A stretch of 64,000 bases of DNA from an uncultured Prevotella sp. (GCA_946402275.1 CAMIVY010000002.1:144724-208723), one strand, 5' to 3'; numbered from the stretch's first letter, positions 1-10,113 are shown. The notes: generated from the sequence alone by a model not told the origin. Numbers and translations are program-made.

Positions 1-1205
1 TTGATGACAATCTCCTTGATGGGGTGGTAGTTCAGACCCAGCGCCATACGCTTGATGGCGGTATAGTCGTAGCTGGTGTTCTTGGTGGCGCTGGCGTAGG
101 GGTTGTAGGTCTCAAAGCGTCCGAAGAGGTACATCTTCTGGTTATGCTTGCGCAGACAGTCTATCTGCGAGAAAATATTATAACCCGCCTCTATACCCAC
201 GGCGTATGCATTGCCGCTGACAAAAGCCGAATGCTTGTAGGGAGACTTCGAATTCAGTCGGTTATACATATACTTCAGCTGGTCGGCATCACCCAGATAG
301 CCATAGTCTGCCTGTCCGCGGACAATCCAGTTATGGGCATTATACGTAAAGTCGATAGACCCTATCACTACCTTACCTTTATACGTCGCACCAATACCGT
401 TGGCATCGTTAGGATAGCTGTTGCCGATAGAGTGACCATAGTAACCGCTCAAACCGATGCGCAGGCCGGGCACCGTGTAGTTATCCATACGCAGGGCTAC
501 ACCGTACTTGTTGGCAATATCGAACTCCAGTGGCGACTTATGCCCCTTATGAATCCATCCCACGTTCGTAAACTGGTCGGCATTCAGACCAGCCAGGAAC
601 TGTGCTTCGTAGCGGAAGTCACCATAGCGTCCCCAGAACGATACACCCGTCTGATGCCAGGTGGAAGGCAGGATGGTATTCTCGCCCTCAGGACGATACA
701 CCGTAAAGAAGTTCAGAGGCTCGTGGTGAGCATTGTTCAGACCCACCGGCACCACGATGTGTCCGGCGCGGATGTTGGCCCAGCGTCCGAACGACTTCTG
801 CAGCCAGAACTGCTCCAGCTCTACCTCGCCGCCCTTCTCGGTCTCCTGTTCCCACTCGCCGCCTTCCTCGTCTTCCTTCTCATAGGCTATGCCGTTGCCA
901 CCATGTTCGAACTCAATCTCAGTGCCTAGCGACCAGCCCTTGCCAAAGTCGTAACCTAAGTATATCACAACATGGGGTATGTCGAAACGTCCATGGGAAG
1001 GGTCGTCCTTGTGTGCTTCGGGTTGACTGTAGCGGCTCACATGGTCGCTGTAAAAGTTACGCGTATAGTTTGCTTCACCATATCCTCCTATTCTGAAACG
1101 CGAAGCCGTCGTGGTCATGCTCGTACTGTCGGCAGCGCTCTGCTGTGCCTGTCCGTTCAGCCATACAGCCATTACTAATAATGTAAATACGATTCTTTTC
1201 ATCAT
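1..1205 (-). CDS. Outer-membrane porin-like beta-barrel protein (runs off window edge; absent from ORF track)
   Basis: Hand translation from ATG at 1205 is open to the window edge: MMKRIVFTLLVMAVWLNGQAQ signal peptide, then RFRIGGYGEANY...HGRFDIPHVVIYLGYDFGKGW..GTEIEFEHGG...GGEVELEQFWLQK...HEPLNFFTVYRP, typical of Bacteroidota porin O/P-like barrels. TAnnTTTG promoter upstream. Confidence 0.75.
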   Translation of the reverse strand, partial: MMKRIVFTLLVMAVWLNGQAQQSAADSTSMTTTASRFRIGGYGEANYTRNFYSDHVSRYSQPEAHKDDPSHGRFDIPHVVIYLGYDFGKGWSLGTEIEFEHGGNGIAYEKEDEEGGEWEQETEKGGEVELEQFWLQKSFGRWANIRAGHIVVPVGLNNAHHEPLNFFTVYRPEGENTILPSTWHQTGVSFWGRYGDFRYEAQFLAGLNADQFTNVGWIHKGHKSPLEFDIANKYGVALRMDNYTVPGLRIGLSGYYGHSIGNSYPNDANGIGATYKGKVVIGSIDFTYNAHNWIVRGQADYGYLGDADQLKYMYNRLNSKSPYKHSAFVSGNAYAVGIEAGYNIFSQIDCLRKHNQKMYLFGRFETYNPYASATKNTSYDYTAIKRMALGLNYHPIKEIVI

Positions 1206-1233
1206 CTGTTTTTTGTCGAATAAATTTCGAGTG

Positions 1234-1280
1234 CAAAGGTAAACAGAATCAAAAGAACCCACAATACCTAAAATTCGTGA
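1234..1280 (-). promoter_or_regulatory. Bacteroidota -7 box (TACCTTTG) plus upstream motif TCACGnnTTTTAGGTATTG
   Basis: CAAAGGTA at 1234-1241 and CAATACCTAAAATTCGTGA at 1262-1280; the same pair with the same 28-bp offset recurs at 10114/10142. Confidence 0.75.
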
Positions 1281-1330
1281 AAAAAAACTCCGCTCCCCCA
1301 TAGCAATAATCATTACTAATGAGGAGCGGA
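1280..1330 (-). terminator. Probable intrinsic terminator of the TBDT-M16 operon
   Basis: TCCGCTCC (1289-1296) / GGAGCGGA (1323-1330) inverted repeat followed on the minus strand by a T run (A run 1280-1287), just after the M16 stop. Confidence 0.6.
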
Positions 1331-1345
1331 TAAATTGTTTATTGG

Positions 1346-4165
1346 TTATTGTTCCGACAGCATGGTGACCTCGATGCACCGATGGGCGTTGAGCAGACGT
1401 TGTGCCATCTGCTGCACCTGACGGGCTGTCATCTGATTGACCATTTGGCAATAGTTGGCATCGAAGTCGGCATCGTCCTCCAACTCATGCCACAGCACGT
1501 AGTCCCAATAGCCATCGTCTATAGCCAGCTGGTCGTACTGTTTTGTAAGATACTTTTTCACCTTATCCATGCTGGTGGGCTCTGGTCCTTTCTCGGCAAT
1601 GTTCTTCAACTGCTGGTAGATGATGGGGTTGAGCTCGTGATAGCGCTGGGGGTCTGCATTGTATGAAATCTTAAGGGTAGCGTTAGGCTGGTCGTCTTTA
1701 TCCAGGTCGAAGGCCACGCTCACACCGTATGTGCCTCCTTTCTCCTCGCGTACGGAATCGGTGTAGGCTATGGAGAGGCATCGCTTCAGGAAGTCCAGTT
1801 CCAAGTCGCTCTGTGGCGAGAAGGGTACATCGGCGGTATAGACGATGCTGACATTGGCCAGGGGTGTGGCCATCTGCTTGCGGAACACATGCGTTCCAGA
1901 TTCGTTGACCACACGAGGCAGACGGTCCCAACGGGTCTGCTCATGGGCATGGGTAGCTGGCAGCGTAGCCAGATACTGGCAGAGAAGGGGTCGCAGTTCG
2001 TCGAGTGAGAAATGACCTACTATCACCGTTTTGAAGTTGGCAGCATCGGCAAACCGCTCCTTATAAATCTGGAAGATGCGGTCGTAGTCGGCCTTCCTGA
2101 CCACGTCCTGGGTGACAGGCTCCATGCGTGGGTGGTGTCCATAGAGGATGGCCTTGATGGAGTCGTTATAGTCAACCTTGGGTGATGCATTACGATTGCT
2201 GAGGAAGGAGAGCGTCCGGTTCATCAGGCTGTTGAATGCCGTAGTGTCACGACGGGGCTGTGTGAAGTAGAGGTAAGTCATTTCGAAAAGTGTCTTCATA
2301 TCCTTCACGGAAGCGCTGCCGCTGATGCTCTGTCCTCTCGAGCCCACAGAGGGTGAAATGCGTACGGCCTTCCCCGTCAGCATCTTACGCAGGGTGACGG
2401 CATCGAATTCGCCTATTCCTGCTTCGGTGATGCTGCTGGTGATGAGCGAGAAGTTAGGGATATCCTCGTCGCCATAGAGCGAAGTACCTCCATCAGCCTT
2501 CATCGTCATCTGTACCTGGTCGGCGGTGAAATCGGTGCTGCGGGCATAGACCTTCATACCGTTGGAGAGTGTCAGCTCAGTGAAGCCATGCTTGTAGGGT
2601 TTCTCGCTGACAATGCTTCCCGGCTTGGGCAGTTTGGCTATCAGCCTGTCCGCCAGTTTCTTCTCAGCGTATGCCTTATACTGCTGTTGCTGGGCATCAA
2701 GGATGGTCTGCTGCAACTGCTGTTCGGTAGGCAGCACTACACCGTCCTTATCAGGTCCATAGAGCACACATACCTGGTTCTGGTCGGTAATCAACTGGCG
2801 TACAGCATGATTGACTTCCTGCAGTGTGACGGTCTTATCCAACTGCTGTGTCATCTGCAGGTCGAAATCCTCGGAGGTCAACGGTTCGGCTGTAAGGAAA
2901 TGTTGCACGCACTTGTTTACAAAATAGCTGTTACGACGCTCGTTGCGCTCCTTGTAATGGCGCTCAGCAGCGGTGAGCATGATTTTCTTGGCACGATCCA
3001 ACTCGCTTTGTGTGAATCCATGCTGGCGCACACGCTCGGTCTCAGCCATGGCAGCCTGCAGTCCACCCAGGATATAGTCGTGCTTACAACTGACTGACAG
3101 GGAGAAAGCCTCCTTGGTGCGGCTGACAAAGAAATGACCGGCACGCGCAGTAGCACTCATGAAGGGCGGATTAGCCTGTTGGCGCAACTCGCTCAACCTT
3201 CCGTTCAGCATGGAGCTGATGAGTCTATCGACATAATCATCACGCAGGTATTTCTCGTTGTTCTTCGCATGGTCAGGAGTGGCATCACGCTTCATATAGA
3301 CATGAACCATCGTGATAGGCTGTTCCTTGTCCTTCTGGATATTGACAATCATCTGGTCGTTGTCGGGAACGGGGTAGTAGATGCGCTGGGCAGGGTTCAC
3401 CGCCTTGGGAATCTGCGAGAAGAGCGCCTTCACCTTCCGCTCCACCTTGTCAACGTCAATATCGCCTACTATCACAACGGCCTGCAGGTCGGGACGATAC
3501 CATTTCTGGTAATAGTCGCGCAAGTCCTGATAAGGGAAATGATCCACGATATCCATCGAGCCGATGGGCAGGCAGTCCTCATACTTCGACCCTTTATAGA
3601 TATAAGGCAACGCGTCTTCCTGAAGGCGCTGCATAGCCATTCCTGCACGTCGTGTGCGCCATTCCTCATGAATGACACCACGCTCCTTGTCTATCTCCTT
3701 ATCCTCCAACAGGATGTAATGGCTCCAGTCGTTGAGCACCAACAGACAGGAGTCGAGGATACCCTCGCGCTTCAGGGGTGCTGAACCGATGTGATAGACC
3801 GTCTGGTCAACAGAGGTGTAGGCATTCAGGTTGGCACCGAACTTCACGCCGATGGTCTCGCACCAGGGTACAATGCCCAGTTGACCGTTCTTGCCGGGAA
3901 AGTGCTTCGTACCGTTAAACGCCATGTGCTCCAGGAAGTGGGCCAGTCCGCGCTGACGGGGTTCCTCCAGAATGGAGCCTACACGTTGGGCAATATAGAA
4001 ATCAGCCAGTCCCGCCTCTTTCGCATTATGGCGGATATAATAGGTCATTCCATTGTCCAAACGTCCCACTCTGAACGAGGGGTCTTGTGGCAGACCCTGG
4101 GCTACTGCCATGATGGTCAGCAGCACCAGAACCGACAAAGCATATATTTTCTTCTTCATCATCAT
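1346..4165 (-). CDS. M16 family zinc metallopeptidase (PqqL-like), signal peptide
   Basis: Inverted zincin HFLEH in GLAHFLEHMAFNG, NAYTS, EIDKERGVIHEEWR, C-terminal VREEKGGTYGVSV; 939 aa; signal peptide ending AVA-Q. Confidence 0.92.
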   Translation of the reverse strand: MMMKKKIYALSVLVLLTIMAVAQGLPQDPSFRVGRLDNGMTYYIRHNAKEAGLADFYIAQRVGSILEEPRQRGLAHFLEHMAFNGTKHFPGKNGQLGIVPWCETIGVKFGANLNAYTSVDQTVYHIGSAPLKREGILDSCLLVLNDWSHYILLEDKEIDKERGVIHEEWRTRRAGMAMQRLQEDALPYIYKGSKYEDCLPIGSMDIVDHFPYQDLRDYYQKWYRPDLQAVVIVGDIDVDKVERKVKALFSQIPKAVNPAQRIYYPVPDNDQMIVNIQKDKEQPITMVHVYMKRDATPDHAKNNEKYLRDDYVDRLISSMLNGRLSELRQQANPPFMSATARAGHFFVSRTKEAFSLSVSCKHDYILGGLQAAMAETERVRQHGFTQSELDRAKKIMLTAAERHYKERNERRNSYFVNKCVQHFLTAEPLTSEDFDLQMTQQLDKTVTLQEVNHAVRQLITDQNQVCVLYGPDKDGVVLPTEQQLQQTILDAQQQQYKAYAEKKLADRLIAKLPKPGSIVSEKPYKHGFTELTLSNGMKVYARSTDFTADQVQMTMKADGGTSLYGDEDIPNFSLITSSITEAGIGEFDAVTLRKMLTGKAVRISPSVGSRGQSISGSASVKDMKTLFEMTYLYFTQPRRDTTAFNSLMNRTLSFLSNRNASPKVDYNDSIKAILYGHHPRMEPVTQDVVRKADYDRIFQIYKERFADAANFKTVIVGHFSLDELRPLLCQYLATLPATHAHEQTRWDRLPRVVNESGTHVFRKQMATPLANVSIVYTADVPFSPQSDLELDFLKRCLSIAYTDSVREEKGGTYGVSVAFDLDKDDQPNATLKISYNADPQRYHELNPIIYQQLKNIAEKGPEPTSMDKVKKYLTKQYDQLAIDDGYWDYVLWHELEDDADFDANYCQMVNQMTARQVQQMAQRLLNAHRCIEVTMLSEQ

Positions 4166-4167
4166 TA

Positions 4168-5394
4168 TTATTTCTTCATCGACGGCGTTTGACGAGCCAC
4201 CATGTCGTTCGTAGAATTATTGGTATCAACATACTTGCCTGCAGAGTCCGTCTTGCGCTTGATGGCAGTACCACGCTGGGTGGTATCCTTCGAGTTGGCA
4301 CGGCCTGCCACCCATCCGGCATCCAGCTTCTCGGAGATGACAAACCAGCCGAAGTCGTCCTCAGTACCCAGGTTAACGGCATCGAGCACCCACTCGTTGG
4401 GCACCTGCACCTGCTTGCTCTCCATCACCTTGCCCGTCGTGGCGGTATAGGTAGGCGTCTCGCTATGGTTGGCTATGAAGGTCTCCTTATTCTCCTTCAT
4501 ACGGGCAATGGCATAGCTGCGGTTCTGTTGTACGGAGGGCAGCCAGATGGTCTGCGTATAGCAGTAGATGTACTCCAGGTTGGGGGTGTCGTAGTCGGTA
4601 TCCATGCTGTTGCCACCATTGTCGAGGAACACCTCGAAGTCGGCACCCGTCAGGTCGTAGGAATTAGCGTTGACGGTGCGATGATCCATGGCGTTGTTGG
4701 CAATAACGATGCGCTCGCCTGGCTCTACAGGATGGTCAGTACCATTGCCTGGAATCATAAAGACGGCACCGGCAGGGATGGCATACGGACGTACGTCGGG
4801 GCTCCAAGGCTGGTTGCCGGAGCTGCCACTCTGATACTGCGACTCGATGAGTGCTATGCTGTCGGCATAAAGCACCACGTCGCTGTTGTTGGTAATCACG
4901 AAGTAGGCATCGTAGTTGTAGTTCTTGTTCTGAGGAGTCAGCGTACCCGTGGTACAGATTTCAGAGAACACGAAGCCACCCTCAGCCTTAAATGAGTTGA
5001 CAATCATCTTGGTGGAGGTGGATTTCTCGTTCAGCGCAACATCGTTTGAGGCTACCTCGAAGTCGGTAGAACCAGCCACGCCGTCCTTCTTGAACGAGAT
5101 GTTACCCTTAGCCGTGAGGTTGTATTTTCCCTCTGTCAGACTGGGGATAGTCACCACATAGTTGGCACCACTCTTGACGGGCATGGGCAACTTGGTCACC
5201 TCGCCACTCTGCACATTGGTGGCAGTACCTTCGAAGCTGTTCAGCACCACATCGGTCACATTGATAGGCATCTCGATGGTTACAGAGCCATTCTTTACTA
5301 CATACGGTTCATCATTGTCCTTGCTACAAGCAGTAAACAGGGTGCTTGCAGCCACGAGCATCATGCTCACGAATAAAAGCTTTTTCATTTTCAT
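4168..5394 (-). CDS. DUF4876-like surface lipoprotein
   Basis: Lipobox FTAC followed by acidic SKDNDE; motifs ITNNSDVVLYAD, IPGNG..HPVEPGE, ADFE, VPNEWVLDAVN, DTNNSTND characteristic of DUF4876 proteins. Confidence 0.75.
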   Translation of the reverse strand: MKMKKLLFVSMMLVAASTLFTACSKDNDEPYVVKNGSVTIEMPINVTDVVLNSFEGTATNVQSGEVTKLPMPVKSGANYVVTIPSLTEGKYNLTAKGNISFKKDGVAGSTDFEVASNDVALNEKSTSTKMIVNSFKAEGGFVFSEICTTGTLTPQNKNYNYDAYFVITNNSDVVLYADSIALIESQYQSGSSGNQPWSPDVRPYAIPAGAVFMIPGNGTDHPVEPGERIVIANNAMDHRTVNANSYDLTGADFEVFLDNGGNSMDTDYDTPNLEYIYCYTQTIWLPSVQQNRSYAIARMKENKETFIANHSETPTYTATTGKVMESKQVQVPNEWVLDAVNLGTEDDFGWFVISEKLDAGWVAGRANSKDTTQRGTAIKRKTDSAGKYVDTNNSTNDMVARQTPSMKK

Positions 5395-5430
5395 TTTGTT
5401 TTAATTAATATAATATAAGTTTCGTATTCA

Positions 5431-6930
5431 CTAAAAAACAATTCCTACCGCCAGGTGCACATTCGCCTCGTGCGCATGCTCAGAGCAGAACTGCCACGCA
5501 GTAGCCACCCTTCCGAAGCAACCGACAGGCCACCCCTGAGGCTGGTAGTCGGCACGCACACCCGCCTGGGCCTGTGCATAACTGGCTTTTTGGTATTTGT
5601 AGTTGTGGTTCACATAGTCCTTGATGCTGGCGGACATATTGGCATAGGGCATCACGATGGCATGGCTCACATTAGCAGCATAGCCACCCTTGGCAAACAC
5701 GTTCAGCCGGAGGTGGTCACCCACCCTTTTCAGCCACTGTGCCGTCAGTTCTCCATACACGCGGGCATATTCCATCTTACGTTCCACATATTCATATTTC
5801 TCACGCTGACTCAGCCAACCCGCCTTCAGTTGGAAGTGCCAGTTGCCACGACCATAGAGCGCAGAGGCTGCCACATCCCAGCGATGCAGGTGATACATGG
5901 TCAGGTCGGTCAGTATGGGATAGTCCTGACCCGACGCCGTTCCCACCACGTGTTCATCATTGGCACGCTTGTCGTAGGAAGCATGCAGCAGCAAGGCTTT
6001 TTCATCTGTTGCCGTCTGTTGTTTCCACCCCATCATCAAGGTGGTCTGCTGGCGATACAGGGTGGTCAGGGGCAGCGAGTTATACTCATCGGAAATACGC
6101 TCATACTGGTGGATGGCATGCTGCACATGAGCCATCCATCCACACGCTCCCTCCGGTTGCAGGTCGAGGGCCAATGCCCCACCCTTTCCTTCATAGAATA
6201 TGTCGCGGTTCGAACCAGAAAAGCGCACATAGCTCGTTCCCAGTCCTGTCATCTGCAACTCGCCCATGCCGTTCTGTTCGCCATAGAAATCGACATCGGC
6301 GGTCTGGCGATAGATATTCCCCTCGGCAGAAAGTCCCAAGCGGTAGTGCCCTACCCTACGGGCTGCTCCTGCCTTCAACGTCAGGTCTGAGACAACGCTA
6401 CGCATACGGGGATCGTAAGTGCGGTATTCCTGTTCGGCACGGAACTTCAGCTCGCCTCCCAACATCCATTCCTGGTGCGCTATGGCATAGCCTCCAGAGA
6501 AGAGGTAACGCTCACGATGGGTGTCACCACCCAGACTGTCGGCTACCACATCGGGATAGAGCAGTTGGAAATCGGCCACATTATTATATTCCTTGCCAAA
6601 AAACTTACCATTGCTATAGGCTGCCTCACCCCACACCACGGACGAGGGTGTCAGGCGGATATACGACTGGACAGCCACCTCGGGCAGCAGGAACCCCTTG
6701 CCTTCCTCCACGCGGAAGGCATCACTCTGATGACGATAGTCGCCCTGAAGGGTCAGCTCTGTGAATGGTTTCAGATAAGCCTGTGTCATCAAGGCTGGAT
6801 TCTGCAATGCCTCGCAGACGGTATGACGCCAGAGTGAATGGCGATTAACGTAAGCGGAATCGGTGTCTGTCGCCTTCACTGGCAACAGCAAGACCCACAG
6901 GCAGATGATGATATATCGTGTTCTATTCAT
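5431..6930 (-). CDS. Outer-membrane beta-barrel (DUF6850-like)
   Basis: Signal peptide, QNPA, VADSLGGD..RERY.FSGGY, YR.YDPR motifs, alternating beta strands, C-terminal aromatic (VGIVF); typical neighbour of DUF4876 genes. Confidence 0.65.
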   Translation of the reverse strand: MNRTRYIIICLWVLLLPVKATDTDSAYVNRHSLWRHTVCEALQNPALMTQAYLKPFTELTLQGDYRHQSDAFRVEEGKGFLLPEVAVQSYIRLTPSSVVWGEAAYSNGKFFGKEYNNVADFQLLYPDVVADSLGGDTHRERYLFSGGYAIAHQEWMLGGELKFRAEQEYRTYDPRMRSVVSDLTLKAGAARRVGHYRLGLSAEGNIYRQTADVDFYGEQNGMGELQMTGLGTSYVRFSGSNRDIFYEGKGGALALDLQPEGACGWMAHVQHAIHQYERISDEYNSLPLTTLYRQQTTLMMGWKQQTATDEKALLLHASYDKRANDEHVVGTASGQDYPILTDLTMYHLHRWDVAASALYGRGNWHFQLKAGWLSQREKYEYVERKMEYARVYGELTAQWLKRVGDHLRLNVFAKGGYAANVSHAIVMPYANMSASIKDYVNHNYKYQKASYAQAQAGVRADYQPQGWPVGCFGRVATAWQFCSEHAHEANVHLAVGIVF

Positions 6931-7311
6931 TTAATCTAGGAATATGATGTTCAATGTTGCCTCGCTCCTGCCACTGGCTACCAGCTCCACATAGTCGCTG
7001 ACAGCACGGAACGAGCGCAGGAAATGCTGACCTTTCCGGTCGGTATAGCTCACAATGCCTTCCACGTTCACCTGGTAGGAACCACGCAACAGTTCTATTT
7101 GCAGTTCTGCACCCGTGAAGTCAGCACTACTGACCACATGGCGCGTATTCAGGTTGGTCACATGGGCCATGGCCTGTACGCGTTCTATCGTCAATGTGTC
7201 GCCACCATCCAGTCGGATGGAAGCCAGCGTCATATAGTCGTCGTTGTCCTGATGACAGGCAGCGAGTGCCATTGTCATGGTCATCACTAACAAAGTCAGT
7301 ATCTTCTTCAT
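6931..7311 (-). CDS. Small lipoprotein, unknown function
   Basis: Lipobox LAAC + acidic HQDNDD; abuts or overlaps both neighbours; resembles N-terminal domain of the DUF4876-like protein. Confidence 0.7.
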   Translation of the reverse strand: MKKILTLLVMTMTMALAACHQDNDDYMTLASIRLDGGDTLTIERVQAMAHVTNLNTRHVVSSADFTGAELQIELLRGSYQVNVEGIVSYTDRKGQHFLRSFRAVSDYVELVASGRSEATLNIIFLD

Positions 7312-10094
7312 ATAATCACGTTCATTTCAAGTCCGAAATAAGGTTTGGTATGACGGCGGATGGTCTTGCCGTAACTCTCGTAGTCCGGCGAGCAGTCCCA
7401 TATCCTGTTGCAGAACAGGGCCACCTTCAGACGGTCGTTCAGCAGTTTCTTCGTCACCTTCAAGTTCAGGTTCATGGCAAAGGGTACCGTGCTCTTCGTA
7501 TAATTGGTCGAGGAGCGTATCAGCCACTTCAGATAAGGGTCCGAAGCACATGCCGGAGTCCACTCGTGAATGGCACCCTGCGCATCCATATAGGCATCAG
7601 GCTCGCTGCTCAGCGCATCGTGTTGTGAGGAGGTGTACCATTGGCATTGTGCTGATACCGAGAAGCCCAACTTCAACTTAGGCACATCGGTATCGAGCAT
7701 AAAGTTGGTATTGGCCATCTCGTTCACCACACCCTCCTGGTCACGGTATAGTCCTACATACTGCAGTCGGCTACTACCCACCACCACGCTGGGGCGTTCC
7801 ATGATAAGTTGTGAATTACGATAGGTGGTGCGGAACCATGCCCCTGTTATCGTAAGACGGGTGTAAAGATGTGGGATGCGCTTCGATGCAAAGGTCAGCT
7901 CCACACCCTCTTTCTTCGTCTGACTGCCATTCTCGTAGTGCGAATAGGCACTCAACTCTGTCAACAGCTGGTAGGGCATTCCGTCGAGTGAGGGAGGTGC
8001 CGTCAAGGTAGAGGCGTCCACCCCTGATGCATCGTATTTCTTATACTCGTAGGGCTGATAGTTAGTCTGACTGCGGAATCCTGATGTCATGTTCTCATGG
8101 AAGTAAGTCACCGTCAGTCTGTTGCCTCCCACGTTCAGGTCGGCAGTCACCTCCCACTTTTTGTTGCGGGCAGCTCCCAGTTGTGCATTCAGTCCAGGGA
8201 TGATATAGGTGCGCTGGTTGATACGACTGAGTTCTGGATTGATATTGTAATACTTCAGTTGTAGCAGGTCGATATAGGCAGGATCTGGGAACAACTGGTC
8301 GATGGTGGGCATCTTGGTATGCTGTCCGACACCTCCTGAGAGACGTATGAAAGAAGGTTGTGCAAACATGGTGAAACGGGGAAACGTAAAGCCGATGTTG
8401 GCGCGAGGGTCCAGATACCACTTTCCGTTCAGCCGATAGTCGGCAGGCACATTCTTCGACCTAAAGGTACGAAGCGACCCAAGGTCGAGCATCATCTGCA
8501 GGGCACGCACACCAGCCATCAGCTCCAACTGACAGGCTCCGATGGGCATCGTGGCTTTTTCTTCTGCATAGAAAGAGAGTGTATGGTTGGCAGGTTTCTC
8601 CGACAGTCCGCGCATACGTATCTGAGCCGTGGGATAGACAGGGCGCTCAGCGTCGAACACCTGTCCCTCGCCATAGTTCTTGTCCATGTTCCAGTCGGCA
8701 CCCACCAGCAAGGTGTTAGCCACCCTCCTACTGGGAATCTGCAGACGGGCATTCATTTTCAGGAATACATTCAGCGGCTTTCCATCGACATCTTGCGTCG
8801 CCTCATATACATAAGGTAATATCAACAGGTCGTATTCACCCTCTTCCGTATTCATCACAGCTCCAGTCATACTCTGCAGACTCACCGTTCGCGTTCTCGA
8901 AATCCTGTCGTGCTCATAAGAGGCAGCAGCCATCATCTCGGCACTTTTCAGCCAGACGGGCCTTTTCATCTTCAACTCCCATTTGGTGGAGAAAGCCATC
9001 CTGTTATAGTTCGACTTATACCTGTCAACAGCACCCTTGTTCAGGTCAGGGTCCTGCTTCTCACCATCAAACGACCCCGTATAGTCCAGATTAGTGCTCA
9101 TCAGCAAGTCGTAATGGGCACGCTGCCAGGTATGTCCCAGACGAGCAGAGAACGTCACACGCGAATAGTTGTTCAGCGGATTCCTCGGGTCAGCCTTCGA
9201 ATTCAGGTAGTCTGCGCTGATGTTCAGCGTCGTGCGGTTCCTCAGCGTGGTGAGCGTATCAGCGGCATGGTCCCATTCGAAAGCCTTCGCCAGATAAAAG
9301 AGCTTGGAGCCCATGTCCGACTTCAGACGGGCGTGCAGGTCGTGCCCGCCCTTGCGGCGTTCTATCTTTACCAGACCACTGGTCAGGTCGCCATATTCCA
9401 CCGAAGGAATTCCCCTGACAATCTCCACACGTTCTATATCATCCGTTGACAGGGTGCGCATGTCAACACCCGCATTCGTGTTGTCGCGGTCACTGGCAGC
9501 CGTCTCCCATGCACCACTCACATACTGCATGTTGGCATTGGTGGAAATACGAGCCCCATCCACCAGAAAACTCGTACCCAGGGATGAAGTAGCATAGTTG
9601 CTGCCCATAGGACTGGCTTCACGCAGACGGATGTTGTTCGTAGCATTCAGCACAGGGTCTTTGCTCACACCACCAGGCAGCAGTTCCAACAGGTCGGCAA
9701 AACTCGAAGGCTGCAAATGTTCCATCGCATGTTTCCCGATAGTCGAGGCACTTGTCAGTCCATGACTCTCCTGAGCCGTTACCACCACCTCGCCCAGCTT
9801 GCTGATCTCAGCCTTCAACAGGTATCGCCCATCCTTTCTGACAGCCGTCACCAGGGGAGTATATCCCACATAGCTGATTTTCAGCCTTGTCTCATTATTT
9901 TTAGGTATCTGGAAGCGTCCATCTACATTCGTCACGGTCAACGCCCTACCCTTTGCCGCATCCGTTATCGTGGCTCCCACAATGGGTTCCCGCGTTTCCG
10001 CATCCATCACGATACCCTTCACAACCTCCTGAGCATCAGACAATTGGAATGCAAATAAAAGCAATAACAAAAACAATAGTCGTTCTTTATACAT
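7308..10094 (-). CDS. TonB-dependent receptor (non-SusC type)
   Basis: N-terminal carboxypeptidase-regulatory-like domain (VKGIVMDAETREPIVGATI..ISYVGY), EVVVTA box, plug motif DIERVEIVRGIPSVEYGDLTSG, barrel C-terminus YFGLEMNVII. Confidence 0.9.
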   Translation of the reverse strand: MYKERLLFLLLLLFAFQLSDAQEVVKGIVMDAETREPIVGATITDAAKGRALTVTNVDGRFQIPKNNETRLKISYVGYTPLVTAVRKDGRYLLKAEISKLGEVVVTAQESHGLTSASTIGKHAMEHLQPSSFADLLELLPGGVSKDPVLNATNNIRLREASPMGSNYATSSLGTSFLVDGARISTNANMQYVSGAWETAASDRDNTNAGVDMRTLSTDDIERVEIVRGIPSVEYGDLTSGLVKIERRKGGHDLHARLKSDMGSKLFYLAKAFEWDHAADTLTTLRNRTTLNISADYLNSKADPRNPLNNYSRVTFSARLGHTWQRAHYDLLMSTNLDYTGSFDGEKQDPDLNKGAVDRYKSNYNRMAFSTKWELKMKRPVWLKSAEMMAAASYEHDRISRTRTVSLQSMTGAVMNTEEGEYDLLILPYVYEATQDVDGKPLNVFLKMNARLQIPSRRVANTLLVGADWNMDKNYGEGQVFDAERPVYPTAQIRMRGLSEKPANHTLSFYAEEKATMPIGACQLELMAGVRALQMMLDLGSLRTFRSKNVPADYRLNGKWYLDPRANIGFTFPRFTMFAQPSFIRLSGGVGQHTKMPTIDQLFPDPAYIDLLQLKYYNINPELSRINQRTYIIPGLNAQLGAARNKKWEVTADLNVGGNRLTVTYFHENMTSGFRSQTNYQPYEYKKYDASGVDASTLTAPPSLDGMPYQLLTELSAYSHYENGSQTKKEGVELTFASKRIPHLYTRLTITGAWFRTTYRNSQLIMERPSVVVGSSRLQYVGLYRDQEGVVNEMANTNFMLDTDVPKLKLGFSVSAQCQWYTSSQHDALSSEPDAYMDAQGAIHEWTPACASDPYLKWLIRSSTNYTKSTVPFAMNLNLKVTKKLLNDRLKVALFCNRIWDCSPDYESYGKTIRRHTKPYFGLEMNVII
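8451..8489. repeat. 39-bp palindromic REP-like element inside the TBDT coding frame
   Basis: ATTCTTCGACCTAAAGGTACGAAGCGACCCAAGGTCGAG, 38/39 identical to the intergenic copy at 12269-12307; encodes LDLGSLRTFRSKN. Confidence 0.85.
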
Positions 10095-10113
10095 CTGTTA
10101 CAATAATTTAGTA

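Noticed and set aside
24-1178. Plus-strand ORFs 24..929 and 972..1178
   Set aside because: Antisense shadows of the minus-strand porin-like gene; no recognisable motifs.
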